Position numbers and translations under genes: made by a program
Origin: Schmidtea polychroa
Lineage: Eukaryota
DNA: 64,000 nt
Reading direction: 5' to 3'
Assembly (NCBI GenBank): GCA_044892525.1
Contig: CM097885.1
Span: forward strand, 237,896,001 to 237,960,000
Notes under the pieces: generated by a model
Databases searched by the model: none
Seen by the model: the letters and a program-made list of their open reading frames with translations, nothing else
Told to the model about the DNA's origin: nothing
Shown here: positions 1 through 46,030 of the stretch, piece by piece
Layout of the letters: each line of letters opens with the position of its first letter
How positions within the stretch are numbered: position 1 is the stretch's first letter

Positions 1-604
1 GATTTTTTTATTATTGATTATTTTATTATTTACTATTTTTGTTTAAATAAAATCATTTTTTTGAAGTGATATAAACAGATTTTTTATCACATTCCTATAA
101 AATTCATTGTTTATTTTGTTTGTGAAATATTTGCTCACAATCTTAGAAAAGTTGGGCAAAACTTGATAGTTTTAAAATATATTTCAACTGTATGACACAG
201 AATTAAATTTCCTACAAGATAATATAAAAAACTTTTCAAAATTTTCAGTTATGGAATTGTATATTAGTGTTTATATACGTGTCATATGGTATATTCCAGT
301 CACAACCCAGTGAACCCGACATAACTAATAAACAAGTGACCGAAGGAATATGTCGGAATAACAATGTCTCCTGTGTGAAATAAATTTTCAAATTTAATAT
401 TTATAAATTTTAAAGTAAATCACTGATCGATATTGTTATGCCTCTAACTTGCCAATTAATAAATAGATCAATTTAATAATTAAATTTAACATATATTATT
501 AAATTAATTAAATAAAAATGATTGTTTAAATATTCAAAAAAAATAAGATTCATACTTTTTTCGAACATCGCCACCGTTAATTCTTATTAATATCTATTAA
601 AAGA

Positions 605-935
605 ATGTCAAACATTCGAAAAGCTGAAACCTTTGCTTTCCATGCTGATATCTTTCAGTTGATGAGCTTGATCATTAACACTTTTTATTCAAACAAATAA
701 ATCTTCTTTAGAAGATTGATTTTCAATGCTAGTGATGCCCTTGAGAAAGTTCGTTACAAGAGCTTGACGGACCCATTAGTCTTGGATAGCCAAAGGAGTT
801 AATGATTAAAATTATTCCAGATAAAAATTCCAATACTTTGATATTGAACTGATCAACAACCCTGGTACAATCGCCAGATCAGGTATCAAAGCTTTCATGG
901 AAGCCTTGACTGCTGGAGCAGATATTTCTATGATA
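605..935 (+). pseudogene. HSP90: HSP90 N-terminal fragment, degenerate and intronless
   Basis: Manual translation gives [27 protein letters not shown]...[17 protein letters not shown]...[29 protein letters not shown]. It has an in-frame stop, frameshifts and lacks the DTGIGMT motif. Confidence 0.9.
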
Positions 936-1972
936 AATAATAATCAAATATATTATACAAATTAGTTTTATGTTCCTACATATATCTGATAATAATTTAT
1001 AAAAGTTTAATTATTAAAATTAAAATATTGTGAAGTTGTAAGAAGTTTTAATTTCTTAAATATAATAATAAATTTTTCAGAAATCTCAATAAAATAAATC
1101 TCAATAATATATATTTATATAGGTAAAAAAAATATTTAAAAATAAAACTTTTTTTAACTTTAACACATCAAAACACGCTCTTTTCATATTTAAATTTCAA
1201 CTTTAGATAATTTGTTATTTTTATGTCCTAGCACTGTATAAATCGGAAAATGTAATTCCTTTCTAAATTCAAATTTTGACATTAAACATGTAACTTTTAT
1301 TAAAAAAATAATTAATAACAAATGGTTAATTAGTATTTTTTTAAACCTTCAAATAGCGTTACAGTTGTACATTGTTACATAGAAAATTAGGTATTCAGAT
1401 TAAAACATTATTTATGTACAGTTAAAATAATATTAATGCATTTATTAAAAATTCGTGACATAAATTCTATCATGGGAATTTTCAGGAATTGAGATAATCT
1501 GACAACAAAACTTCAGTATTTTTTATTTCTTTTCGAGAAAGTTTTGTCTTGGATGTTTGAGTTCGCTGAAATAGACACAAAAATAAAGGGAAAATCAATA
1601 AAAACATCAAATTCACAATAATAATTACAAGTACAAAAGTATTAATTAAAACTCAAAAAAATTAAAACTGAATATTTTCCGGGGGAAACTGGTATGGGCG
1701 TATGCCTAACAGTGAGACGTGTTCAAATATAATAAAAATAAAGTTAATGGGGTCTCTAAAAGGAAATAATTACAAAAAACTAAAATTATTTTAAAATTAA
1801 TTAGCTAATAGAAAACCTGATAAATGCGAGAAAACCCGAGTGATCAAAATTATTATTTAATTATTAGAGTCAAATTGAGGAATAAGGAAAACCCAAGAGA
1901 AAATATCATAATTAAAAATCTAACCTCTCAAAAAACAAATGTAACAATAATATTCATATAATTTCTTATTAG

Positions 1973-29312
<27,340 letters not shown>

Positions 29313-30556
29313 TTACTACAAACTTTAGTTGAGGAAGTTATTTATTTTATTTTTCATAAACTAAAGTGGTAAAGTATAACAGATAAATTTTATTAATAAA
29401 TTATTTATTGTTTTCTTCATTTATAGGAAATGTATATTGCTAATTTTAATACAAGCTTTAATAAAAACAAAATTATTAGAAAAAATATTTTTATTTCCAT
29501 TTATCAGAATTTGAAAACTACATGATATATTTCGGTAATATTAAGTTGGTATATTATTAACGTTTATGATATTTATTATAAATTTATTCAATAATAAAAC
29601 AAAAAAATTAACTCAAAACACATTTAGACATCTATTTGGAGCTTAACACTAATTTTTTTATAAGCTAAGTAATAAATATCTAACGTAAACCTTTACGAAA
29701 TTTACGCCGTGCTGTTACTTTAATTTTTTTAATTTTATTGAATTCATTTATATTGATTTTATTTGAAAATGTAATACAAAAAAAATTATAAAGCAATTTT
29801 TCTAGGTTTTTTCATAAATTTGAAAATTCATTGTAATCAATTTTTAAGGCTGTTCTATTTTACTAATCCAGAAAGTCTTTCATGTGATATTATAGACCGT
29901 AGATAATTTTCAGTTAATTTTAGTTTCATAGTGTATTTATTATTTGGGGGTCCAGAGAGATTGCTCTTGTTGCGGTGACCCATCAAAAGGGCCCCGACAA
30001 AAAGGCTTCTAACAAAATGGCCCTTGGCAAAAATGACCATTGTCGAAAGTGCCCCTACCAATAGAACCGCGTAAACACTGAGTAAACAAAAACACACTGT
30101 TTCCGGAAGTTTCACACCCCATCAACAACTATACACTTATCCACACTCGCTCTGGAAAAATTGATCGAATTCGTGCCAAATTTACTATTCCGGCCTCTCC
30201 CTGTTCATAAAAATTTCCAACGACACCCCCCCCCCAAACCAATCCATGGTACTATATGCATATGTAATAGCAAAGGTATAGAACCTATTTTACACAGTCT
30301 AAATCGTTTATAGCCAGCGGTAGGTAAGTATTCTTTTGGAACTTACCAGTTGACGCTTAAAAACTCATGGATGACGTCATCATAGCAACGTGACAATACA
30401 ATATTGGTGTCATTTTGAAGTCAACATACATACAATAAAAGTCGCTCTATGACACAAATCCTAGACCCCCTATAAGTATGTTACAAATTTCTAAACCCCC
30501 ACCCAGAAATGAAGACATTTTTTACACGTCATTGCGTTCAGAAATAATATAATAAA

Positions 30557-30626
<70 letters not shown>

Positions 30627-31019
30627 GTAATAATAATAATACTGAACTTCTTAAAGCACCGTGTCTAACACTAGGTGTCATTCGATGGTACTTGAATAAA
30701 TCTGAATTAATGCATAAGTAATGGTAAGTAAATTCAATTTCCGTACGGAAACGTTCTGACGTACGGAAATTGAATTTTTAATTTTTTATAAATATGTGTA
30801 TTTAATAATAATTTAAAAAATCGAATTTTTTTCTAACCATTTTTACGATAAAGGGCCTCCAAAAATAATGTTGCGTTGACCACCACAATTCTAAAGACGG
30901 CCCTGCTGAATTCTCCTTGGTTTCGATCGTCACCACATTCCTTGAGCGGAGTTATGTTGTGATGTTTTTAGCCTTGGGAACGCCCCCGATGTCGTCTTCT
31001 CGATTAAGTTATAGACTAC

Positions 31020-31222
<203 letters not shown>

Positions 31223-31269
31223 TGAATGAATTCAAGAAAGAGAATAACAATTTTTTTGTCATCCACAGA

Positions 31270-31656
31270 GCCACGGGGATCAGTTTTGAATAATAACAGT
31301 TTGTCCATTTCAATATCATAAGATAATGCCATCATTGAACGAAATTGAATGAAATCAAGACATAGAATATAATTTTTATTGTCATATGATAGCGCTATCA
31401 TTGAAGAACCTAATGGTCGCATCTCAGCCGATTGGGTATAGAGCTGATTAATATCCGCAATACAACGACATATTATATCACCAGGCATTTCATATCCAAT
31501 TTTAGATTTAAATCGAGCTGCTTCCACTTGTGCACGACATACTTGGGATCGACAATCAGGGATCATACCAATCATAACACCTCCAGTACTTTCAGTAATG
31601 TTAAACAATCTTGTAGCTGAACTCTTCTCCATCATTTTATCTGGAACTTTTCTTTT
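31270..31656 (-). pseudogene. PSMA6: Proteasome subunit alpha type-6 internal fragment, fused in frame to the Rab1 fragment
   Basis: KVPDK...TRLFNITE..GGVMIGMIPDCRSQV.RA..EAA.FK.K.GYEMP...RCIADINQLYTQSAEMRPLG...KTDP.G follows the alpha6 consensus; the SM.ALSYD segment is duplicated. Confidence 0.88.
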
Positions 31657-31722
31657 TGCATATCTATCGATTTCATTAAGCCAATTTTTAACATTGTTAA
31701 ACAAATCTTGATCAGTAACATC
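31657..31722 (-). pseudogene. RAB1: Rab1 fragment, downstream part split off by the Polinton
   Basis: DVTDQDLFNNVKNWLNEIDRYA continues the Rab1 frame from 53245. Confidence 0.9.
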
Positions 31723-33433
<1,711 letters not shown>

Positions 33434-33717
33434 GGGTAATGCTCGCCGCAAGGGTACTGGTCACGCTCAACAACTAGTTTTCAATAAAAATTTCCAATAA
33501 AAATAGAGAAGTAGTTGCGTGCTGACTGCAAACTACTATTAACATTTATATAAAAAACTACTTTTACAAAAACAATTTCTATGCTTAATCATTGTGAATT
33601 TATTAATTTTACATGAAAATATAATGATTAAGCATAGAACGAAAACTATAACCAGTTTTCAATAAAAATTTTCAATAAAAATTTGTAAATCAACACAAAA
33701 TTGTTTTAAAAGATATA

Positions 33718-37857
<4,140 letters not shown>

Positions 37858-37906
37858 ACAGTATTGAGGGTATAATCTACCTATTAACAATAAAGTTATT
37901 TAAAAA

Positions 37907-38074
<168 letters not shown>

Positions 38075-38188
38075 CAATAATAACTAATCGTTATTAGTTA
38101 TTCTATTTTATAATCGAATAATTATAAAATAGAATAACTGATAACATTCCTATGTTATATCAATTATTATTATTATTATTATTATTAT

Positions 38189-38238
38189 AAAGAAATGTAG
38201 TCACATGCTCACTGCAACATACATTAGATATGGGGCAA

Positions 38239-38317
<79 letters not shown>

Positions 38318-38378
38318 ATTATTATTATAAAGAAATGTAGTCGCATGCTCACTGCAACATACATTAGATATGGGGCAA

Positions 38379-38463
<85 letters not shown>

Positions 38464-38524
38464 ATTATTATTATAAAGAAATGTAGTCGCATGCTCACTG
38501 CAACATACATTAGATATGGGGCAA

Positions 38525-38526
<2 letters not shown>
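38189..38526. repeat. Three copies of a ~52-bp unit separated by (TTA)n
   Basis: AAGAAATGTAGTCGCATGCTCACTGCAACATACATTAGATATGGGGCAATA at about 38189, 38329 and 38475. Confidence 0.9.
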
Positions 38527-38588
<62 letters not shown>

Positions 38589-38639
38589 TCTAAACTTAAA
38601 TAAAAATAACATTCTCTAGATTAGTTAGAATCATTAATT

Positions 38640-38902
38640 TCATATAATTTTCATCATGTTTCATTTAAATTTCAGCATTTTTCATATAATTTTCATCATG
38701 TTTCATATAAATTTCATCATGTTTCATATAATTTTCAGCATTTTTCATATAATTTTCATCATGTTTCATATAAATTTCAGCATTTTTCATATAAATTTCA
38801 TCATGTTTCATATAATTTTCGACATTTTTATCATCATGTTTCATATAATTTTCGGCATTTTTATCATCATGTTTCATATAATTTTCGGCATTTTTCATAT
38901 AA
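38640..38902. repeat. 21-bp tandem repeat
   Basis: About 12 variants of ATAATTTTCATCATGTTTCAT. Confidence 0.9.
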
Positions 38903-38998
38903 AATTTATGTTTAAAATAATTTAAATATTCTACAGAATGTTATTTTTAATTTAAGAAATTATTAAAATAAATATTTATAAAATAAATAAAAAAAAAA

Positions 38999-39680
38999 CT
39001 AACATTTAGATTCAGAATCTGAATCTGTGTCATCCTCAGAGAGGTCATCACCGGTTAAAGTGGGGGCATCAAAAACCTTATGAATAGAAGCATCCCGAAT
39101 AGGGGTATTAAATAATTTTGTCTCTGGAGCAATTTCCTTGACATCCACATTAATGGGAGCATATAGATCATCCATGATAGGATCATATATGTCCTCCAAA
39201 ATAATTGAACTTTCTAAATCAATTTTTAAAAATTACATATAATAATAAAAATTTACGTGTGTCTTCAATGATGGCACCTATTAAATTTTCTGTTTCTCCA
39301 ACAAAATTGGGGGAATTTTCTCTTTGATATTTTTTTTTTTTGATAAAACAGTTTTTTTTTTAAATTAAATAATAATAATAATAATTTACTTGATAAGTCG
39401 TGATCATTAATAATTGGTGATTCCTCTTCTTCTTCATCGCTAATAATTATTATTTCGTCTTCTTCATCACTCAACATTATAACATCTAAATAATAATAAT
39501 AATAAATAAATAAAAATAAAATTACCATAGGTGCAATTCAAATTAAATCCATTCTCGTTTTCGGTCACCTGGTACCATAAATCATCTACAAAATAAATAT
39601 ATAAAAATAAATAAAATAAAAATAAATAATATACCATTATCGCAAGCCATCATGCTTCTTAAAATATTATTTTTGTCCAT
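38999..39680 (-). CDS. Predicted multi-exon acidic Polinton accessory protein with tandem SIM-like motifs
   Basis: ATG at 39680. GT-AG introns 39634-39586, 39525-39486 and 39256-39214 are phase-consistent. The acceptor of the intron starting at 39389 is unclear because of homopolymer runs. Confidence 0.55.
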
Positions 39681-40080
39681 TTTGAAAATTTTTGAAAATT
39701 TTTGAAAATTTTAAAATAATTGTGACAAATTTTAGATTTGTCAATGTTTATAAAGAGAATGAAAAATTTCATGTCCCAGCCAATCAGAATTAGACACACA
39801 CACATATACACCTAATATTTTACTCTCTCAACCAATCACACGCATGCATGTATGTAATGTAAATCATTCAAAATTACATGTGACTGCCTTTGTTAGTCAT
39901 GCCTTTGTTAACTTGCACTGTGCATGCCTCATGCAAAGGCAGTCTTTATGTTACAAATAATAATATTTATTTCAATAATAATAAAATTAATTAAAAATAA
40001 TAATATTTTTTCACAATAATAATAATATTTATTTCAATAATAATAATATTAATAATAATATTAATAATATTAATAATAAT

Positions 40081-40136
<56 letters not shown>

Positions 40137-40182
40137 TCACAACAACAAAGGAAAGGATACATTTATTAAACATCAAATTTTA

Positions 40183-40567
40183 TTAAACATCAAATTTTTT
40201 GTACAATAACCAAGCTAAACAATGTTGACCACATGTTTGGGTCAATGGATTTTGAAACATAGTTTTATTATACGCAATAGGTTTTCCCATTGTTTGTAGT
40301 TTTGATATCAACAAAGCCGGGTAATAAAAACCCATAGGATCGAACACGAATATATTACCAGGTTTCACATATATAGCTATCCAATGTTCTCCACCAAGGT
40401 GAGACGATTGAGTATTGACGATTATTGCTTGATTATTGCTCAAATATGGAATTTTATCAAGAGGAAAAACTCCAACAAATTCATTTCCCAATATCTGTTT
40501 TCCGATTTTATTGACCTGAACAGAACTACTTAAATAAATCCAGAGTATAAAAAACAACTTACTCCAT
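40183..40567 (-). CDS. Adenain-like cysteine (maturation) protease, probably with a short 5' intron
   Basis: NTQ....GEHW, FDPMG and Q....TCGQHC catalytic motifs. ATG at 40567 plus a GTAAGT...AG intron (40562-40529 or 40526) gives MDS(S)VQ in frame. Confidence 0.9.
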
Positions 40568-40594
40568 GACAACTTTTTATGTTTCAATATACAT

Positions 40595-41815
40595 TTATAC
40601 CAACACAGTTCTATTTGCAGTAATTTGAACTTCATTTTCAAATACTCCATATATTATAACATGTACTGGTTCAGTAATAGCTTTTGCAAACTTTATATCC
40701 AGTCGTAAATTTCCATTTTGAGGTAATTGACTTTGATTTAAATCAAAATCAGGGGCTAAAACAAATGTAAAAAATGGGTATTTGCTTTTAAAATCTTCTA
40801 GAGTTATTCCGCAATTCAAATTTTTATCTAAATAACCCATATTTCTAACAATACTCTGCATATATGTCGCGCAGTAATTGTCATTCTCGAAATCTTGAAT
40901 ATATGTTTCTCTATAATCAGTATTTTTCGACAAAGTCAATGATGTAACACCAAAGTTTTTGAAAATTGAGCTGGAAGCAATATATGATCCATTATATTGT
41001 GCTTCACTTTGAAATGTTATCAGAATAAAATTAGGCATTCTTCTGTCACCAAATATTTGTTCTTTATAGAATGATGAAGCACCTTTAGCAATAGCAAATT
41101 GTACAATTTCCTTTGTTTTTAATGGATAAATTGCATGTTTTGAATTAAGACCCAATTGATGACCTGCTAATACTGAGGGGTCTACTCGAACTCTTCTCAC
41201 CAATAATTTTGCATCAACTAATTGACATATTGGTGTAGTAGTTGCACTAGTAAGAGATAATGCAGAATCAGACCTTTTCAGTCTAATATGTACATTAACT
41301 CCCGGAAGTAAATATTTCGGTTGATCCATAAAATCAAGTTGTAATGATGAGCACATGGTGAAAACCTTTGAGCCTTTTACCCACTTTTTCCTTTCATCAT
41401 CACTACCATAGCCCATAGGAGTAAGACATGTATTTTTAGTATCGGAATTGTAATTTAAAATAGTTTCTATTAATGACTTGTGAATGAATGTATTATTTCC
41501 GCCCTCAATCTTAATATTATTAAATCCCAACACTGCATCTTTAAAAAGAGTATGAAACAGGAAATTGTTTGGTATTACATCTGCATTGGCATCCAAAACC
41601 TTTCTATCTTTATCTACAACCTTAATCTGAACAGTCAATAAAGTATCATTCAAATCTAAATATTCGGTTTGCGAACCATTAATATAAAACTCGATATCAT
41701 TTCTACTATCGGTAATTGAATTCATAGGAAAAACTTCCTCAAATGCCCCAAATTCTATTACAGCCTGGGGCGACGGTCTATCAAATATACATAATTCAGA
41801 TTTACCACAAATCAT
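40595..41815 (-). CDS. Major capsid protein (double jelly roll)
   Basis: 406 aa. N-terminal KSELCIF, IEFYI.GS..EYLDL.DT, QPKYLLPGV and C-terminal GNLRLDIKFA motifs are typical of Maverick MCP, and the gene context fits. Confidence 0.88.
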   Translation of the reverse strand: MICGKSELCIFDRPSPQAVIEFGAFEEVFPMNSITDSRNDIEFYINGSQTEYLDLNDTLLTVQIKVVDKDRKVLDANADVIPNNFLFHTLFKDAVLGFNNIKIEGGNNTFIHKSLIETILNYNSDTKNTCLTPMGYGSDDERKKWVKGSKVFTMCSSLQLDFMDQPKYLLPGVNVHIRLKRSDSALSLTSATTTPICQLVDAKLLVRRVRVDPSVLAGHQLGLNSKHAIYPLKTKEIVQFAIAKGASSFYKEQIFGDRRMPNFILITFQSEAQYNGSYIASSSIFKNFGVTSLTLSKNTDYRETYIQDFENDNYCATYMQSIVRNMGYLDKNLNCGITLEDFKSKYPFFTFVLAPDFDLNQSQLPQNGNLRLDIKFAKAITEPVHVIIYGVFENEVQITANRTVLV

Positions 41816-42180
41816 TTTGCAAATATAGTTCCATGTCCTTTCATTCGTTTGTTTATACGTGATATTCCATGTCTTTTACGTTTTGGAGCTGGAGCTGGAG
41901 CTGGAGGTTTTTCTTTTTGAAACATACCTGCAACCCCGGGTAAAACTTTCCCTAATTCTGCTAAAGCATTTGTTTTTAGAGATGGTAGTATTTTCTGTTC
42001 ATTCATAATAACATCTTTTGCAGTTTTCATACCAAAACTACCAATACGTTTAAGAATAGGCAGGGCAAATCTACCAATTGTTCTCAACCATCCTGATCCG
42101 TACTGTTTACCAATAAAATATGGTAATTCACCACCAGATTGGCTACCACTATACATACTAATAATATCAGAATTAGCCAT
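41812..42180 (-). CDS. Putative virion core/membrane-active protein
   Basis: QSGG and QYGSG protease-type sites followed by an amphipathic WLRTIGRFALPILK helix; basic C-terminus ending KGHGTIF; lies between the capsid genes. Confidence 0.65.
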   Translation of the reverse strand: MANSDIISMYSGSQSGGELPYFIGKQYGSGWLRTIGRFALPILKRIGSFGMKTAKDVIMNEQKILPSLKTNALAELGKVLPGVAGMFQKEKPPAPAPAPKRKRHGISRINKRMKGHGTIFAK

Positions 42181-42859
42181 TTATTTTACGAAAATGTAAT
42201 GTCAAATGAGTTTTTGAACCTTTTGGAAATTCGATTAATTGACCAGAATCATCTCTTATATTTATTTCTATATTGTTTATACAAGATGTTGAAACAGGTA
42301 AATACATGGGATTTTCTACATTGATTTGTACAACTTCATCTTGATCATGTTTTTCAATCCATATAGATTTCATTAAAGGAACACTAGAATCGCCAACAAT
42401 AACTGGTTCCACGATATTACTGTAAATGAACATTTGCTGATGATGTTTAAGGATTTTCGGTTTGTTTGTTCCTTCACAAATTTGTTCATTTTGTGTACAT
42501 ATCGGTTTAGTCAATCCTAATGTTTTTGTCAAATTTGAGTCAAATTTAACTTGACTAAGATTAGAATTTATACTAAATCTAAATACTTTATCTTTTTGAA
42601 GCTCGAAAACTGTTAAAATATCACTACAATTGTCACCTAAATAAGTTTGTAATTGTTCGAGGTCTGTAATATATAAATTATCTTTAAAAGTATATGCAAT
42701 TGTGTAAATAAACGAAAAAAAGTCCTATTTTGTATAATGTCCCAAATATTTATTATACACATTCATTTTTTTTCAACTCTCTTCTCCCCTTGAAAAATTG
42801 TCTACTTGGTAAAAAAAATTTGGAAAAATCCCTGCGGACGCCCATGTATATATATATAT

Positions 42860-45800
42860 TAGGGTGGGTCGAAAATTTTTTTTTTCTCCAAACATGCCTA
42901 AAAAGTTGTGCTTATGCTAGAAAATGAAATATCCCTGCAAAAGACTGCTGTTTAAAAGGGTTTACAGGTCCCAACTTTTGTTTGTATGTATTAGTACTAT
43001 CCCAGTAAAAATGCTCGCACATGTGCCATTGTAAATTCATCCTGCAAGCAGTCACACGCTTGCAGAAAGACCATTTTTGACATGCTCTATTCACAAGTCC
43101 AAGCTAACGCGTGCATGTATAGAGAGGTTAATTCACGGAAGCACCTTCACACAAGCACTCACAAAGACAATTTCTTCTGAACAATACTAACACACACACT
43201 ACAGTCAACACATAATCCACATGGATACTACTAGTCAGTCTAAACTCAGATAATTTAATTTGTTTCGATTGGATGTCAAGTGTTTGCTGGACATAATTAA
43301 AAAAGTTAACTTGATGATTCACTTTTATTTTGCCAGAGCTGAGTACAGAAGAGCAGTTATGAAGGGACAGAGAAATAAGCAATTTCGCAAAACAAGAAGT
43401 AAATCACGTCATTGTCTGTTTGGTCAAACTTGTGAACTACCCAGAAACCAATTACCTACTTGTGAAGATGTGTTTCGTGATTACTGTTACAATGAGAAAT
43501 GTACGCAATTTCATACTGGCTTTAACGAACAAGCAACTCTTCTCGCAAATAAGGTGAAGGAAATTTATATGAAGGCAAGTATCCCAACTGTTGAGTTCAG
43601 TAGTATTGTGGTTCGTGTCAAGCGACTAATATCAAAAGTGCGTGAATTAGAGAAGTATCCAGTATGCAAGAGGTCATCTGCCAAATTTCAAGATAAGTTA
43701 AGCTCGTTTTCCAAATTGTTTGACATATGTTGCTGCAAATGTTTTAATGATGGTGCTCGTGGAAGAAGTCAGTGTACATGCCGATTGGCCTTGAAAATTC
43801 CTACCTTAGAGTGGGAGTTCTGGATTGACCAACAAACTACCAGAAACATGAAAATCGGAAATACGGACAGACAGGAAACCTCAAAATTGAAGAGAAAACA
43901 AACGAAAAGCAGCCCTACAGGAAAAGGAAAACAAATGAAAAATGAAATAATGGACACTGAAGTTAACGATCTACATCCGACCTCAAGAAGTGACACGGAG
44001 AGTGAAGCCGCTAGTGATGAAAGTAAAGATAAGTTAGACAATTCAACAGAAAGCTCAGAGTCAAGCGTAGAAGAATGTGATGAATTTCAAAATAGAAGAC
44101 ATTATCCTGAATTAAGTAAAGCTGTTGACAGATGTGGTGTGAGCAACAGAGACACGTGTTTGCTAGTAAACGCTTTTCTGAAAGATATGGAACTGTTATC
44201 CTCTCAAACAATCATCGATCCCGCAAAATTACGACGTCAGAGAAAGTACTGGAGGGAGAGAGAAATTGAACAGCATTCAGCAGAAGCGAAAAACTTGATT
44301 TGCCTCGGTTTCGACGGGAAACAAGATTCCACCTTACTTTATAGAAGGATCCTAAAAGAGGAGCATTATGTGATTGTCGCCTTCCCAGGGGATACATATA
44401 TCGATCATGTTGTACCTCAAAGTAGTAAAGCTGTGGATATTGGCAAAGAAATCATGTCAATCATCGTTAGCACGCAGTCCTCACTGACCCTTCAAGCAAT
44501 TGTGTGCGATGGAACCAATACAAACACCGGAAAAAATAATGGAATAATCAGAAGACTCGAAAAAAGCCTAGGGCGACCTCTACAATGGCTGATATGCTTG
44601 TTGCATGCAAATGAATTGCCATTCAGGAAGTATTTTTCAGTCGTCGATGGTGGAGAAACAAAAGGTCCAAAAACGTCATGTGGTGAAATAGGAAGCGTTC
44701 TTGATTTTGATCCAAAAGACAAGCCCGTAGTAGCCTTTATGTCCCTTCCTGGAAAGGTCGTAGATCTTAGTGAAAATGTCAAGAAAGAATTGAACACTGA
44801 TCAATTGTATTTCCTCAGAGTATGCTTGGCAGTCCAGAAAGGGTACCACAACAACAAGGATGTCCCTTTTCTACAAATGGCACAACCAGGAAATTTGAAT
44901 CACAGTCGCTGGCTAACGAAAGCTAATAGAATTCTGCGACTATATATGTCCGAAACTGCTCCATCTGAACCTCTCATGCGAATAGTGAAATTTATTGTCA
45001 ATTTCTATGGACCGTCATGGTTTTATATAAAGATTCACTCGTCATGCCAAGATGGTGCAAGAAATATTTTTATATGCTCCAACTTCTGCAGGATTTGGAT
45101 CCATCAGACCAAGAAATCATCTTTCCTGTCATTCAGAACAACAATTACTTCTCACATCCAGAAAATATACTCCTAGCTGCTGTTGGTGATGATGATGAAG
45201 AAATCAGAAAGTTTGCAACAGAAAAAATCATAACTGCAAGACAAAATTTTCTCCCTTCCGAAGTGATTCGCACTATGGACAAGAATACTGTCTTTCTTCA
45301 GTCGTCTGCTACATCATATGCTGACATGATTGACTGGACAAAATGTAATTTGACGCCTCCCCCTCTTTTATCTCATATATTGGATCATGAATTGAAGATG
45401 AATAAGAAAATTACATTAGAACAATTTCCCTGTCATTCTCAAGCCGTTGAAAGAGCCATCAAAGATGTTTCTTCTGCCAGTTGCAAAGTGTTTGGTCACA
45501 AGTCCAGACATGGTATGGTACTACTGTGTAAAAAATCAAGGAAGGAATTGCCCAAGGTGCAAAGCAAAGCTGATTTCATGTGACTTCTTTTTATGCCCTC
45601 GCTAATACATTTCTAAACTTTTGGCTGGATGTTTTTAATAAAAAATAATTTCGAAAGTTGATTTTTGTCTTTGAAAAGGATAATTCAAATTTGGCCCTTC
45701 CTAATCACTGACGTTGTCAGGATATATTTCAATGCGGGATGAGGACACAGAATATACTATCTCAGCCCAAGAGAGTAAATAATATACTTATAAGCTCTTA

Positions 45801-46030
45801 AGAAAGCTACATCTAAATATGGACAAAGGCGCAAAACACATTCCGACACTAGCCAAATTACATTGTTTTCACACTTATGTTGAACTGCATTTTCGGAGAA
45901 AAGTTGGGAGCAGTAAATGTCCATAAATCTAAGTAAAATGGTTTGATTCGATTTTTCTATACCAAAATACAACTTTTTAACCATGTTTCCTTTCTTGAAC
46001 TCAAAATTTATTAACATTCGACCCACCCTA
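42860..46030 (+). mobile_element. hAT-superfamily (hATm-like) DNA transposon nested in the Polinton
   Basis: 14-bp TIRs TAGGGTGGGTCGAA / TTCGACCCACCCTA enclosing a transposase. Confidence 0.85.
43260..45583 (+). pseudogene. DDE transposase with one frameshift near 45060
   Basis: GFDGK.D, CDGTNTNTG, LQWLICLLHANELP and SRWLT in one frame; HPENILL and FPCHSQAVER in the adjacent frame. Confidence 0.85.

Noticed and set aside
29940..30476. Possible TIR element (TTATTTGGGGGTCCAG...CTAGACCCCCTATAA)
   Set aside because: The inverted match is imperfect and I could not define a TSD.
38189..38526. Repeat-spacer pattern resembling a CRISPR array
   Set aside because: Eukaryotic context, 52-bp units, spacers are just (TTA)n, and there are no cas genes.
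39526..39560. Possible LxCxE Rb-binding motif in the acidic accessory protein
   Set aside because: The sequence is LNCTY, which does not fit LxCxE.
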